From contig OZ024746.1 of assembly GCA_964016885.1 (NCBI GenBank), positions 54,126,001 to 54,190,000 on the forward strand: a DNA stretch of 64,000 bases. Direction: 5' to 3'. A program made the translations under genes and the position numbers. Shown here piece after piece: positions 10,592 to 22,940 of this stretch (the first letter of the stretch is position 1; each line of letters begins with the position of its first letter). The notes under the pieces were generated by a model. That model was given only the letters and a program-made list of their open reading frames with translations. It was not told the DNA's origin and made no database searches. The DNA is from Eledone cirrhosa. Its lineage: Eukaryota.

Positions 10592-13500
10592 CCTTGAATC
10601 TCAGTCATTGATGTTGGTTAACTGGAAAGTCCGTTGGATTGAATATCAAGCCACTACCTGCAGCCTCAGATATTCAGGACGTATCGGAGGGTTCTTGCCG
10701 TTCCAAGCAAGCATGCCTTTTGAAGCGTTCCAAAAAGCGTGAAGGGGCCGATTTTCTTTAACCATCCCTGGAAACCTTTGGAGATAGTCCCCAGTGCGCC
10801 TATGACAATCGGGATCACTTTGACTTCATGGCAGTTCCAAATCCTTTTCACCTCCCACTTTAGGTCCTGGTATCGGTTAATTTTCTCCCTCTCCTTCTCT
10901 TGCACTCTCGTGTCGAACGGGCAGGCCACATCCACAATCAGGCACGATCTTTTTTCTTTGTCCACAACCACCAGGTCAGGTCTATTGTGTTCCAGTTTTT
11001 TGTCCGTCTGTATCCTAAAATCCCACAGCACCTTCACCTGACTGTTCTCCATCACCGCCTCTGGCCTATGCTCATACCATTTCTCAGAATGTGGTAGATT
11101 GTTTACTTTGCACAGGTGCCAGTGGATCACCCTGCCCATCACATCGTGTCTCCAGCCCTTATAGTGGGTCTGGGCTAGGTGTTTACACTCGGACACAATG
11201 TGAGCCACAGTCTCCTCTCTCTCTCCACAGATCCTGCACAGTGGGCTAGCCTCCTCCTTGTAGATATGGTGCTTCAACCACTTCGTTTTGAGGGCCTGCT
11301 CCTGCGCAGCCATTAGCATTCCTTCTGTAGCCTTTTTGAGGTCTCCTCTTCTCAACCAGTTCCATGTCTGTGGATCTCTAAATTCAGTTTTCTCAAAGAA
11401 GGTACTATGAAGGGATTTTCCCTTAAGGCTGCTCTTCCTCCTTGATGTTATTTCCTCCTTGGGTATCCCCTGGCCTACTGTCCCCTCCTTCAGTACAGCT
11501 CTGAGCATTGGCTCCTTACTATAGGTCACGTATTTGTATAGGTTGTTTTTCTCCATCTGAACACAGTCCTCTATGCTGATAAGACCTCTTCCACCCTCAG
11601 ATCTCCTTAGGTAGAGTCTATCGACATCACTCCTCTTGTGGAACATGTTGTAGATAGTCAATAGCTTCCTAGTCTTCCTATCCATTTCTTTTTGTTCAGC
11701 AACATTCCATCTCAGAATTCCCGCACTGTACCTAATAATAGACACAGCTCGGGAATTTACTGCGCTTATGGCATTTCTGCTGTTCAGATGTGACTTCAAT
11801 ACGCTCCTTACTCTCCGAATGTATTCAGTTCTTAACAATTCCTTCATTTTTTTGTTCTTTATGCCATCAGCCTCCAGAACGCCCAAATACTTGTATCCTT
11901 CCTCAGAGTCAATTTCCTTTATCATCTCACCTGTTGGTATCTGGATCCCGTTACTTCTGCTCAACCTACCCCTCCTCATCACAATGACTCCACATTTACC
12001 AATACCAAACTGCATACATATATCACTGCTGAAAATACGGACAGTGTCAACAAGCACATCCAACTCCTTCTCACTTTTCCCGAAGAGCTTAAGATCGTCC
12101 ATGAAGAGGAGGTGATTGATGGTAAGCTCTCCCCTTCCCAACTTGTATCCTGCCCTCACTTTTCGCAGCATAATGGTCAAGGGCATCAGGGCAAGGACAA
12201 ACAACAGAGGGGACAGGCTATCTCCCTGGAAGATACCTCTCTTGATCTTCACGCTTCCCAAGGATACTCCAGTTGATGTCAACTCTGTCTCAGAGGACCC
12301 CATACTCCTGCCCAGCAACTGTCTGATGTTATCTGCCACCCTGAAGATCTCCAGGCTTTTGGTGATCCAGGAATGAGGCACCATGTCAAATGCCTTTCTG
12401 TAGTCTATCCACCCCATGGCAAGATCAGTGTGTCTCCTCCTGCAATTCCCCATTACCATCTTATCAATAAGCAACTGGTCCTTTGTACCACGTGACTTCT
12501 TTCGGCATCCTTTCTGTTCGTCCGGCAACAAGTTGTTTGTGTGGAGGTGATGGTAGATTTCCTCAGACACAATGCTCGTCAACAGTTTCCACATTACGGG
12601 CAGACATGTGATAGGTCTATAGTTGGTAACATCATTACCCTTGATTCGGTCTTTCATTATCAGAACTGTGGTACCTTTTGTCAACCACTCCGGCACCTCA
12701 CCCGACACCAAGCAGTCATTGAACATGGCCGTCAGCTTCGGGTGGAGGGATGTTAAATGTTTAATCCAATACCCCTGCACACCATCTGGGCCTGGTGATT
12801 TCCAGTTGGTTAGTTTTTTGGCTTGCCCCTTAAGAGTTTCAACTGTGATACTCAAATCAGTCTGTTGCTGTGCCTGCTCACCGATCTCCCTCTGTACTGT
12901 CTCAATCCACCCTGCCTGGGCATTGTGTCTAACATCCTGCTCCCATATTCCTCTCCAGAATGTTTTAGCTTGTTCCGCCCCAGGGATCAAGTCGTTGCCT
13001 CTTTCTTTCCCCTCAAGCTGTCCAAACAGCATCTTCTGGTTGTTGTCGAACATGCGGTTCTGTTTATACTGACTGACTCTGTTCTCGTATCGCCTGATTT
13101 TGGCACTCTTTGCTACAATGCGTTGCTTCAATTCCTCTATGATAATATTTAGCTTTTTACTCCTAGTTTTGTATTTTATTTCCAGTCTATTTTTAGTGCC
13201 TATGTTTTTTAGTGTCCCATTCAGTAGTGACTCAAGCTTTCCTATGTCATTTCTCATTTCCCCGATTTGCCCACTCAGTCGCTTCTTCCACCACGGCTCT
13301 GCTCTTTCTTGTCTGTTGTTTCCTCTCGCTTTTATACCAAGTAGTTTCCTCACCGTATTTGCTGTTGCTTTGAGGATATTGTTGCACTGGTGAAGACTCC
13401 TCGCCTCAAGGTATGGGATGACTTTGTTTACCTTAGCTGTTGTTTCTTTTAACTTTTTCCTGTCTACAAATCTTAGGTTCATAGGTCTCCCACTATCATT

Positions 13501-14482
13501 GTTCAACTCATCTACCACTAAATTTAGGATGTCAACCGAATCTTGTCCTAGCCCGTCAGCATTCATCTCCTCAGTGGCCGTATCTCTGTTCCAGGTATTA
13601 TTTATCTCAGTATTCAGATCATTGTCTGCTTCGGGTGGTTCCTCCGTTCTCAGGACCTCCTCACCTTCATTTCCCGCCGGCTCGCTTGTCTGGCATACTA
13701 GACCCGCCATCTCCAAGCCATTCTCTCTGCTCAGTTCCTCCAGTTCCAGCTCGCTTATCCACCCATTAGTTCTTATTACCCGAGCCTGCCCGGCCAATTT
13801 TTGTTCATCTAATTTAAATAAACCAATCTCGTTCCAGATGTTATGCATCCGTCTCCTGTAGCCCCTCTCCTTGGGGTTACTTTTCAGGTAGCATTGCATA
13901 ACAGTTCTATTCAATTCTTTCGTCCAGTTGGTTCTGGCCCCTTTCCTTCTTCTTCTTCCTCCAACATCAGCAGTATTTGGTTGACAGTCAGGTTCCTGCT
14001 GCTGAGCCAGGGGGCACCTGTTGGGTGAGAGTCTGTCACATGACGTTCTAGTCTCCATTTCACCGTTATTCGAACTGTTTATGTTCGATATTTAAACACT
14101 CTTATCGAGGATTGGCGAATGTATGTTTACATAGCCATCTGTGGATCCGCCATCCCACTTGGCCCTTGTGTGGCATTATCACCACGCTGTATACGGACAC
14201 ACATAAACAAACAAACACACGGGCAGAAAGGGCCCCAAAAATGAATAAGCATAAGTTTCATTGTAATGTAGTATTCGAATGTCTGACTTAGTTTTTGTTT
14301 TTTAAGTTTTACTTTTTCCCCCCTCTTCTCTGTCCGTCCGCCTGCTTCTCTCTTCATTCTTATTTTCTTTACGTTTTTGGGGTTTCTTTTTTTGTTTTTG
14401 TTTTTCTCTGTTTTTCTCGTTTTTTACTGTTGTTGCTGCTTTTGTTGTTTGTTTTTTCTTTTTTCTTTTGAGTCTATCTATA

Positions 14483-14483
<1 letters not shown>
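10592..14483 (-). mobile_element. Full-length intact Dong/R4-clade non-LTR retrotransposon
   Basis: Single 1130-aa ORF, ~420-nt A-rich 5'UTR, short 3'UTR, (TAA)n at both ends. Dong elements are known to target (TAA)n. Confidence 0.93.
10666..14058 (-). CDS. Myb-like N-terminus + RT + CCHC + restriction-like endonuclease
   Basis: WTKELN..YRRRMHNIW; KSPGPDG, YRPITCL, IDYRKAFD, GIFQGDSLSP, FMDD, YKYLG; CRICG..ETVAHIVSEC; RHD; RPD..D..EK..Y. Confidence 0.95.
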   Translation of the reverse strand: METRTSCDRLSPNRCPLAQQQEPDCQPNTADVGGRRRRKGARTNWTKELNRTVMQCYLKSNPKERGYRRRMHNIWNEIGLFKLDEQKLAGQARVIRTNGWISELELEELSRENGLEMAGLVCQTSEPAGNEGEEVLRTEEPPEADNDLNTEINNTWNRDTATEEMNADGLGQDSVDILNLVVDELNNDSGRPMNLRFVDRKKLKETTAKVNKVIPYLEARSLHQCNNILKATANTVRKLLGIKARGNNRQERAEPWWKKRLSGQIGEMRNDIGKLESLLNGTLKNIGTKNRLEIKYKTRSKKLNIIIEELKQRIVAKSAKIRRYENRVSQYKQNRMFDNNQKMLFGQLEGKERGNDLIPGAEQAKTFWRGIWEQDVRHNAQAGWIETVQREIGEQAQQQTDLSITVETLKGQAKKLTNWKSPGPDGVQGYWIKHLTSLHPKLTAMFNDCLVSGEVPEWLTKGTTVLIMKDRIKGNDVTNYRPITCLPVMWKLLTSIVSEEIYHHLHTNNLLPDEQKGCRKKSRGTKDQLLIDKMVMGNCRRRHTDLAMGWIDYRKAFDMVPHSWITKSLEIFRVADNIRQLLGRSMGSSETELTSTGVSLGSVKIKRGIFQGDSLSPLLFVLALMPLTIMLRKVRAGYKLGRGELTINHLLFMDDLKLFGKSEKELDVLVDTVRIFSSDICMQFGIGKCGVIVMRRGRLSRSNGIQIPTGEMIKEIDSEEGYKYLGVLEADGIKNKKMKELLRTEYIRRVRSVLKSHLNSRNAISAVNSRAVSIIRYSAGILRWNVAEQKEMDRKTRKLLTIYNMFHKRSDVDRLYLRRSEGGRGLISIEDCVQMEKNNLYKYVTYSKEPMLRAVLKEGTVGQGIPKEEITSRRKSSLKGKSLHSTFFEKTEFRDPQTWNWLRRGDLKKATEGMLMAAQEQALKTKWLKHHIYKEEASPLCRICGEREETVAHIVSECKHLAQTHYKGWRHDVMGRVIHWHLCKVNNLPHSEKWYEHRPEAVMENSQVKVLWDFRIQTDKKLEHNRPDLVVVDKEKRSCLIVDVACPFDTRVQEKEREKINRYQDLKWEVKRIWNCHEVKVIPIVIGALGTISKGFQGWLKKIGPFTLFGTLQKACLLGTARTLRYVLNI

Positions 14484-14561
<78 letters not shown>

Positions 14562-14774
14562 GGCGACTTACGTAGTAAATCGTATCATCGTGAGCTCCGC
14601 AAACGTTTGTTATTTTCAGTTATTTAACATTACCATTCATGGAAAATTTTTATTGTTAACTGTATATAAGTGCACATACATTGTTATCTGAAAAGGACAC
14701 CCAAAAAGATTGGGGTCTTGAGCCCAAAATTTAAACTTTTATAATTATCAAAAAAAATTTTTCTTTGAAAAATT

Positions 14775-16713
14775 ATGGCTGACTCAGAGTCACTCCTTTC
14801 TCATAAACTAACACCTCACAGCGACACCACCATTGAAAATATTACTACGTTTGCCAACACTAAAAAAAATATAAGCAGTAACAATATTTTAAATTTGTCT
14901 CAGGCAGACATTCATTTCTCGCCATTACTAATGACTGCAGGTGTTAAAGCCGCCACCACCACCACCACCACCGCGACAACCCCCCCCCCACCACCGCGAC
15001 AACAGAAACAAAAGAAAAAAATAAATTAACTCGTGATGTCGAAATGAATTCAACCAAAATGAACTCTTCCACACCGAACACCACTGACGCCACCACCACC
15101 ACAACTGAAACTAAAATTAATAATAACAAAAATAACGATAACAACAACAGCAACAATAACATTAAGAAAACCACCCTGAGTTTTGCCAGAGTAGCAAAAC
15201 AGTGCGAAGCATTTCAGGTAACTCAGGAGGAATTAGAAGAAGCCAAAAAAATGGTAAAGTAAGATGGGTACAGGGTCAGCCTCACCACCACCCCCACCGC
15301 CTATGCACCGTGTCATATCGAACAATTAATGTAAAATCGCGCCGAGTGGAACGGGCACCCGAGTCCCAAATCCAAAAAGCTTTGGGACATGTGTGGGCAA
15401 AAAACCCCCCACATCAGACGTGGGCAGAAGTATGGAACAGTGGACGTGTTCTTTGAAACACCAGAGGAGGCTAGAGAACACTCCATGGCCCCATTAAGAA
15501 GTGACGACTTCACACTCGTCCCAAGCTATTGTGGCCAGAGACTCGTAAAGATCAGGGTGACCCACGTTCCACCGGCCATCCAAATTCCCTGGCTAATAGT
15601 TGCCGTCCTCCCCGGCATCGAAGCTAACACAAAGATAATAGAAATAGCGAAAGAAAAGCAGGATAACTGGTGCGGATCTGGGATGGAGCTCCTGATCCAA
15701 GCGTACCAAAAAAGCATTGAGGAGATCCCAGAGATAATAGACCTCACTGACGGCAGCCACCTCACCGTAATTGTCGAGGGCAGAAGGCCTAGGTGTGTCG
15801 TTTGTGGTGAAGGAACCCACCTAAGGGCTTTCTGCCCTCAGGCTAAAAGGTTGAGGCCACCTCTCCTACCCACCCCAGTGACTCAACCATAAACACCACC
15901 AGCAGCAGAGATGGCAAATGTAGCAGCAACAACAGAAGCAACTGTAACAGCAGCAACCCCAGCAACAGTAGCAAAACCAACACGACCACCACCCAACGCT
16001 TCAGAACTAGCACCAGCGCCTACACCATCCACCACGCCACAACCAAAACTAACGCCTGTGGAGGATTTTCCACTCCCCGGCCTATCACAACTGGAGACAG
16101 ATTGTGACGACGAGGAGTGGGAAACGGTATCAGGAAGAAAGAAAAAAAGAAACCAAAAAAGAAAAAATTCTCTTCCTTCCCCTTCCAAAAACAAAATACA
16201 GAGGGAAACAAATAAATTATAAAACAAAAAAGTTAGGACAGATATGCCACCATCCACACCAGCATCACCAACCCCATCACCCCATCACCCCAAACACCAA
16301 CAGCATCACAATCATTAACCCCAACACCACCATCACCTACACCACAAAAGTCACCAAAAAGCGAAACAGAAACAAACCCACAACAAACACAAACAAAACA
16401 AAACAACCAAAACGATACACACTACACAGCATTAAATTTGAACAACAACCAATTATTACACTACATCCACCCCAACACCAGCATCACAGAAAAAGACTAC
16501 ACAACAACCCAAAAGTTCACACCACCTCCACACATACAAATCACTCGTATCACACAGAAAACGTACATGACACTAAAACAAAAATTCCCCAAAGACATCG
16601 GAGACTTCCGACAAGCACTCTCCAGGAGGATTTATAAGGACATCCTTCCTGAGGAGGCCACAAGCAATGAAAAGGATGGAGAAAACGTCCTTCCTCTACG
16701 AGAAGTAAGGTAA
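14775..16713 (+). pseudogene. Divergent ORF1 (disrupted)
   Basis: Pieces LSFARVAK..EELEEAKKMVK, CTVSYRTINVKSRRVERA, LVPSYCGQ, CVVCGEGTHLRAFC, KFPKDIGDFR are colinear with ORF1 of copy 1. Confidence 0.88.
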
Positions 16714-16747
16714 GTGGTCTTTCCCAACTTTTCCACTCCATTTCAAC

Positions 16748-19700
16748 ATGACCTCACCTAAGAATAGGCAGCATAAATGACGTGGCTTGGGGTCGTCATG
16801 GAAGCAGGGCCACCTGCTCAACGACCTCATGTCACTAAACATAGATGTAGTGGCCATCAGCGAGACCAGAATCTCCGAAGCACGGGCCTTCGCACCGATC
16901 TTCGGCGGCTACGATGTGTACGCATCTCCCAGCCGTCCGGGATCGGGAGGAGGAATTGCTGTGCTTTTTCGGAGAGGTTTGGATCTTGCTGGACCCAGCA
17001 GGTAAGTTGGTGGTGCTGGACGTGACCAGCGGAGACGGGCAAGCTTTCAGGCTAGTGGCCGTCTATGCCCCGACAGGAGCAGGGCGGCCTGATTTCTTCC
17101 GGCGTCTGGAGACCTTTCTTGGAACGTCCCGCTCTTTAGTGTTAGTGGGCGACTGGAACGGCATCTTAGATGCACGCTGGGACTGTGTGGGATTAGTGGA
17201 TAGGGGAGGAGGGTGTAAGAGTCTCACCAACCTGCTCAGGCGTTTTGAACTGTCTGACAGGTACCGATTGGATTTCCCGAATGTGCCAATGTAGACTTGG
17301 ATAAATCGCATAGGGTCATCCAGATCATATCTAGATAGAGTATTTTGTAGGGAAATAGATAGGTCTAGCATAGGCTGTCCACAATTCAAGATAGTCAGTT
17401 ACACGTACCACAAATTCGTGATCTGTGTGCTTGAATTAGATAGGCTTCATAGACGAGGACCCGGCTACTGGAAGCTAAACGCGTCCCTACCAGCGCGCAA
17501 GGCCGATAGAGACCGGATTAGCGAACTAGTTAAGCGGGCGTTGACGGGGGCCATCGTCAACAACAAGTGGTGGTTTGCTCTGGAAAGAGTAATTAAAATA
17601 GAGTCCATTAGGTTTAGTAAGGCTTTAGCAATAGAGAAAAACAGAGCAAAGGGAGAATTAGTTAGAAAATTAGACGAGGCGCTTAGCAAAGGCATCGCGA
17701 CCGACGTATTTGCGGCGAAATTAGCCCTTGACCAATTCTTCAATGCAAAGCACGAAGGCTGCGTTGTCAGAGCTAGGGTGCGTGCTCTCAGACACGAGGG
17801 GACGAAAACCGTTCAATGGGCCCGAGTGGCGGAGGTGCGTCGTCGCAACAAAGCCACGATCCGGTCTTTGGTGGACCACGACGGGCGCATGCTATTCGAT
17901 CCCGGGCAAATGTGTGAAGCTTTTCAGCGACACTTCACCCAGTTGTTCGGGGGCAGCGGCGGGCCGGATCGAGGGATGGACTTTAGTGTCTACCTCGACG
18001 GATGCCGTGGCTCTCGGCCACTGAGGCGGAGTGTTGCGAAAAGCCGATAACAGCCGCTGAAGTACGGGAGGCAATGACTGGCTGCACAAGGGGTAAATCG
18101 CCTGGTTTAGATGGTCTGCCCTATGAACTTTACCTACAGATGCCAGACTTGTTCGGAGGCCTCTCGGCGGACGTCTACTGCAACTGGCAACAGAACGGGA
18201 GAATTCCCAGCTCTGTGAGCCGAGGAGCGGTGGCGCTGCTTAGAAAGGATCCGAACAAGGGGGATAACATAGATAATTTTAGGCCCATAACTCTGCTAAA
18301 CACAGAGTTCAAGATTTTGGCCAAGGTGCTAGCAAAGAGGTTGGCGCTTGTCGTTGGTGGTTTGGTTGGAGAGGCACAGACATGCGCCATTCCCGACAGA
18401 TCCATCCACGACAACCTCCACCTCATGCGATACATCGTAGAGAGGGTAGCTAGGGAACCTGGCACGGGTGGGTCTTTGATCAATTTAGATCAGTCGAAAG
18501 CCTTCGATAGGGTCGACCATCGTTACCTAGAGGCAGTCCTGAGGGCGGCTGGCTTTGGGCCCGTCTTCAGAGGCTGGATCGCTGCCATGCACAGAGACAT
18601 CTGCTCTGTAATGAGAGTGAACGGTCACCTTTCGGAACCGTTCAACATCATGCGCTCGGTCCGCCAAGGATGTCCCCTCTCGTCCCTATTGTACGTATTG
18701 ACTCTCGAGCCATTACTGCACAAACTGGAGACGTTGAGGGGGTCCCGCGCGAACTAGGATGCGGAAGATCCGTGTCAGCATATGCCGACGATGTCACCGT
18801 AGTGGTGTCGAACGCCAAACACATCGAGGCGATCGGCACTACACTAAGAGAATACGAAGCGGTGACAGGAGCCATGATCAACCAAGAAAAGTCAGTGGGC
18901 CTGCAGCTCGGCATCTGGAGAGGCAGGTCCATGCCGTCCAACAGCGTCGTCGGGTGCTGGACAGACGGACCGGTTAAATTGCTAGGGGTCTGGTTCTGTC
19001 CAGACCTCCAGTCGGACAAAATCTGGGACGAGGTGACGAGCAGGGTGGCTTCTCTCACCCAGAAATGGGCCGAGAGGAAGCTATCCCTGAAAGGTCGAGC
19101 GGAGGTGGCGAATGCGTACATCGCGTCCGTCATCTACTACCGCCTGACCGTCGTACCTTGTCCTAATCCCTGCATGACTGCGCTGGAGCGTTAGCTCTTT
19201 CGCTTCTTGTGGAAGGGACGCGCTCCGATGGTCAGGCGGTCCATCTGCTGTCAACACCCGCTAAGTGGAGGGCTGGGCATGCCGTGGCTGATGATGCGCA
19301 GACACGCGCTCAGGCTACGACATCTCCACCTCTTCCTCGACGGTGATCAGGTGTGGTCGCCGCTTGCAAGACACGTTTTTCCCCAGCTCGTCTCCTTGAC
19401 GGAGCTGCAGTCCTGGTTCAAGCGAAGACCGAGAGGGAGCGCTTGGAGACTGGAATGTCTTCAGGCGCTCACAGCCCTCGACCAATCGGGCAATGTGATC
19501 GGTGGAAACTCCACCTTGGCGTTCTATAGGGGATTAGTGGAGGGGAAGAGCGACGACGTACTTGGGGAAACTCTAGGCGTCGACGAAAATCAACTAGCCA
19601 ATCTCTTCGGGGGGACTTTCGGACCGGGGCCTATGGACAACTTCCAGAAATCCCTGGCCTGGCAGTGCTACCGGGGAGCTTTGCCAGTTCGGGATAAACT

Positions 19701-20127
19701 CTACAGGCATGGAGGTGCCGTCAGCCGGGCATGTCCGAGATGCGCGCAGGGCGACGAAACCGTCCTGCACGCACTCGTCCAGTGTCCGAGCATTGCTGAC
19801 TTCTGGGTTTATGTCGAACACCTGCTGTCACGTGTAGGACGGATCCAGCTATCAGCTGAGTCCTTCGTGAGGATTGCCCCGACCTGTTCCTTTAGCCGGG
19901 AAGGGCAGGCAGTTTTTATCTGTCTGGTGGCCATGGCGAAAGAGATAGTATGGTGGACACGTTTGAAAGGGCTGAAGACGAGCACTTACCTGTTCGGTGA
20001 TGCCCTGATTAAAAGGAAAATCAGGGTAGAGAGGGAAGTGCTCTCTTCCCAGCATTTTGTTGAAAGATGGGTGAGAGAAGCAAGTATGGCCCGAATGAAT
20101 GGGCCTTCTCTGAGTATGTGTCTGTAA
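16748..20127 (+). pseudogene. ORF2 (APE-RT) pseudogene
   Basis: Six ORF fragments colinear with 6119-9538; stops near 17292 and 19192, several indels. Confidence 0.93.
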
Positions 20128-20369
20128 ATTAAAGGTGGACAACTGGGAGAGGGCACTTGCCCTGGTGGTCAGGGCCACTGTGGTCTTTTAATGGGCTTTC
20201 TCCACAAATGTCCCTCGGAAGTCTCCCCCCTATTGGGGAATTTTTCTTTGTTATTTTATTACATCCTCTGTTTTTTTACACGCAGAAATGCCCATTTGTA
20301 CCGTCCTGTATTGTCCTGTACTGTCCTTAATGTCTACTTTATGTAAACCCTTGTGGTTAATAAAGAAAA

Positions 20370-20432
<63 letters not shown>

Positions 20433-20569
20433 ACTCTGCTTAGTACAACACCAATATACCTACTGGGAACTACACATTGAGTGTTCACTCTGGTGAATCC
20501 ACAGTAAGTTGGGGTTACAATCCTTTAATCGGGCTGGATACCCGATCACACGGTTAAACCAGTGCAATT

Positions 20570-20650
20570 GAAGGACCCCTAGCCTTTGTCGCGCCATTCT
20601 TCTAGGAGAAGACAACTCAAGAAACTGGGATAACTCCGACATAAAACCGG
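20570..20650 (+). mobile_element. Possible RTE-type 5'UTR remnant
   Basis: tctaggagaagacaactc...aaacc resembles a motif recalled from RTE 5'UTRs; no coding part follows. Confidence 0.25.
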
Positions 20651-20928
20651 CGGCTCGGTAGTTACCCATGATGTTGATCTTTTATTCTTTTCAGGTTATA
20701 GCTACTGTCGCTCAGAGAGTGGAATTGGCTCAGTGTACAGTCTTTCCTCACTTAAAAAAAACCTTCACGATCAGGCATTGCACGATAGCGTTAATTGATA
20801 ATTATTAATAATGTAATGACCATACTCGATAACGAGGGGGCAGCCATCATATATATATGTATATATATATATATATATATATTATGGAATACTGTTGGCT
20901 TTTCGCTACAATGTTTTCTATACCTTTC

Positions 20929-20948
<20 letters not shown>

Positions 20949-20974
<26 letters not shown>

Positions 20975-22430
20975 GTGAGGTTTTTTTTACAAAATGAAAA
21001 ATAACCGCGGTGTCCTACACGAGTGAAAGTATAAAGAAAAAAAGATGAAATCGAAAATGCAACTGGAGTCTTATTTAAAAAAAAATATATATATTTATTT
21101 GGTTCCTTTACCGGTTTCGCAGCTCTTCTGCTTTTCAAAAGTAGAGTTGAGAGGGAGGGTCTGTGGTTTTTCTCACATCTGGTTGGTCTCTGAATGTTAC
21201 TTGTTTTATATGGAAAAAGTGGCTCGAAATGCCAGGTTTTTCGAGAAGTAATTTGATGGGTTGGTCAATAATTATAATAAATTTCGCGCCAGTTCGTGTT
21301 ACAAAGTTCTTTAAACAAGGGGGGGTGTCACAGGTTGTTTTTTCATATATGACTGTTTGAATTTCTTTTTAATTAAAAAAGGGGGCTCACGAAGGCTTTT
21401 TTTTAATAAACGTAATTTGATTGGTTATAAATGAAATTATGGCTGTCACGTGAACAAGTTTTCATTAAATTTTCACGCCCTTATTTGGAAATCTATTCTG
21501 TAGCCTTTTTAGAGAATTTTATGACAAGTAAAAGATAATGGTCAAGAGAAATTGGATGTGAGAATTGTTCTGGTTCTGTGAATATGGTTAGTTCGCTGGG
21601 GTGTCAGAATTCAGATTTTCTATTGAATAAAGAATGTAAAGATATGTATGTTTATTTGTGTGTTTGTGTTTGTATTTCTTTTTACTTAAAAAAAAGGGGG
21701 CTCACGAAGGCTTTTTTTTTAATAAACGTAATTTGATTGGTTATAAATGAAATTATGGCTGTCACGTGAACAAGTTTTCATTAAATTTTCGCGCCCTTAT
21801 TTGGAAATCTATTCTGTAGCCTTTTTAGAGAATTTTTTGACAAGCAAAAGATAATGGTCAAGAGAAATTGGATGGGAGAATTGTTCTGGTTCAGTGAATA
21901 TGGGTAGTTCGCTGGGGTGTCAGAATTCAGATTTTCTATTGAAGTAAAGAAAGTAAAGATGTGTATGTTTATTTGTGTGCTTCCATTACATCCTTCTACA
22001 ATACAAGACCCTAGTTTCTCTGTGTGGAAGGATTTAGGAGTGTAAACCATAAAAGGCATGGTTCAAGTTGATGAGGGAGGGAATGACAGCCATGGTGTTG
22101 GGCAAAATAAGATGCAGGCAGTAGGGCAAAATGGAGAATCTTCTTATGGGGTACACATGACTAACACCTTCTTTGGCAGAGAAACTGATCTTAAAACGCC
22201 TGTTGTCGTTGTTATCCTTTTCTATCATTGTATCATGTTGTCTTTCTTTATTGAGTCTATTTGCATATAGTTGAGCAGTCGTAGTTGAACATGTTGACAT
22301 TCAAGAATTTTCCCTAAACTGAAATACCATCTCTTTCTGTTTTCGTCTACTATTAACTGTTGGATTTTCTTCGTCTTGTTGTTGTTCACTAGACAGTAAC
22401 CCCCCATCAGACTGATAAAGGAATTATTTG
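20949..22430 (-). mobile_element. Decayed Penelope-like remnant with internal ~310-bp tandem duplication and degenerate hammerhead
   Basis: PYSLNQNNSPIQFL..IFCLS..LQNRFPNKG resembles the PLE RT thumb; 21370-21660 repeated at 21682-21978; minus strand ttgaaaa-gcag/ctgc-GAAACCGGTA at ~21103-21142; terminal 130 bp recurs inverted at 33240-33352. Confidence 0.5.
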
Positions 22431-22439
22431 TTAACAAAA

Positions 22440-22705
22440 TCTTCTTCTTCTTCTTCTTCTTCTTCTTCTTCTTCTTCTTCTTCTTCTTCTTCTTCTTCTT
22501 CTTCTTCTTCTTCTTCTTCTTCTTCTTCTTCTTCTTCTTCTTCTTCTTCTTCTTCTTCTTCTTCCTGAGAGTGTCGCTGGGGCAGAGTGCTCACATTCTC
22601 CTTCCAGTGGGTCTTGTCAGAAGCAACCGTCTCCAAGTGATACCAGCCAAGCTCATGGATGTTATCCAACCTTCTTGGTCGGTGTCTACCCCTTCTTTTC
22701 AAATT
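22440..22705 (-). mobile_element. RTE-like LINE 3' end with long (GAA)n tail
   Basis: KRRGRHRPRRLDNI...ASDKTHWKENV resembles the RTE C-terminus; ~41 GAA units follow. Confidence 0.65.
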
Positions 22706-22827
22706 TCACACATAATCTACTGAAACTTAGAAAAGTGGAACCCGCGATCAACCAGGTAGTTTATTTGTAATTTATGCATAAGCCACGGGCTTCAACATCA
22801 ACGCTGGTTGAGTATTATAACGTAGAG

Positions 22828-22877
22828 TGCTTTTCTTACATTACATTATGATTAACTAACCGTTGGTGAACCACAAA

Positions 22878-22940
<63 letters not shown>

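Larger units (their letters stand above)
14562..20370 (+). mobile_element. Full-length decayed Tx1-like element with alternative 5'UTR/ORF1
   Basis: ORF2/3'UTR closely match copy 1 but carry frameshifts and stops; 5' 2.2 kb is only distantly similar; (ATT)n both sides. Confidence 0.92.

Noticed and set aside
14060-14240. HDV-like ribozyme in the Dong 5'UTR (tcctcg present)
   Set aside because: Could not build P1/P3 pairing by eye; needs a descriptor search.
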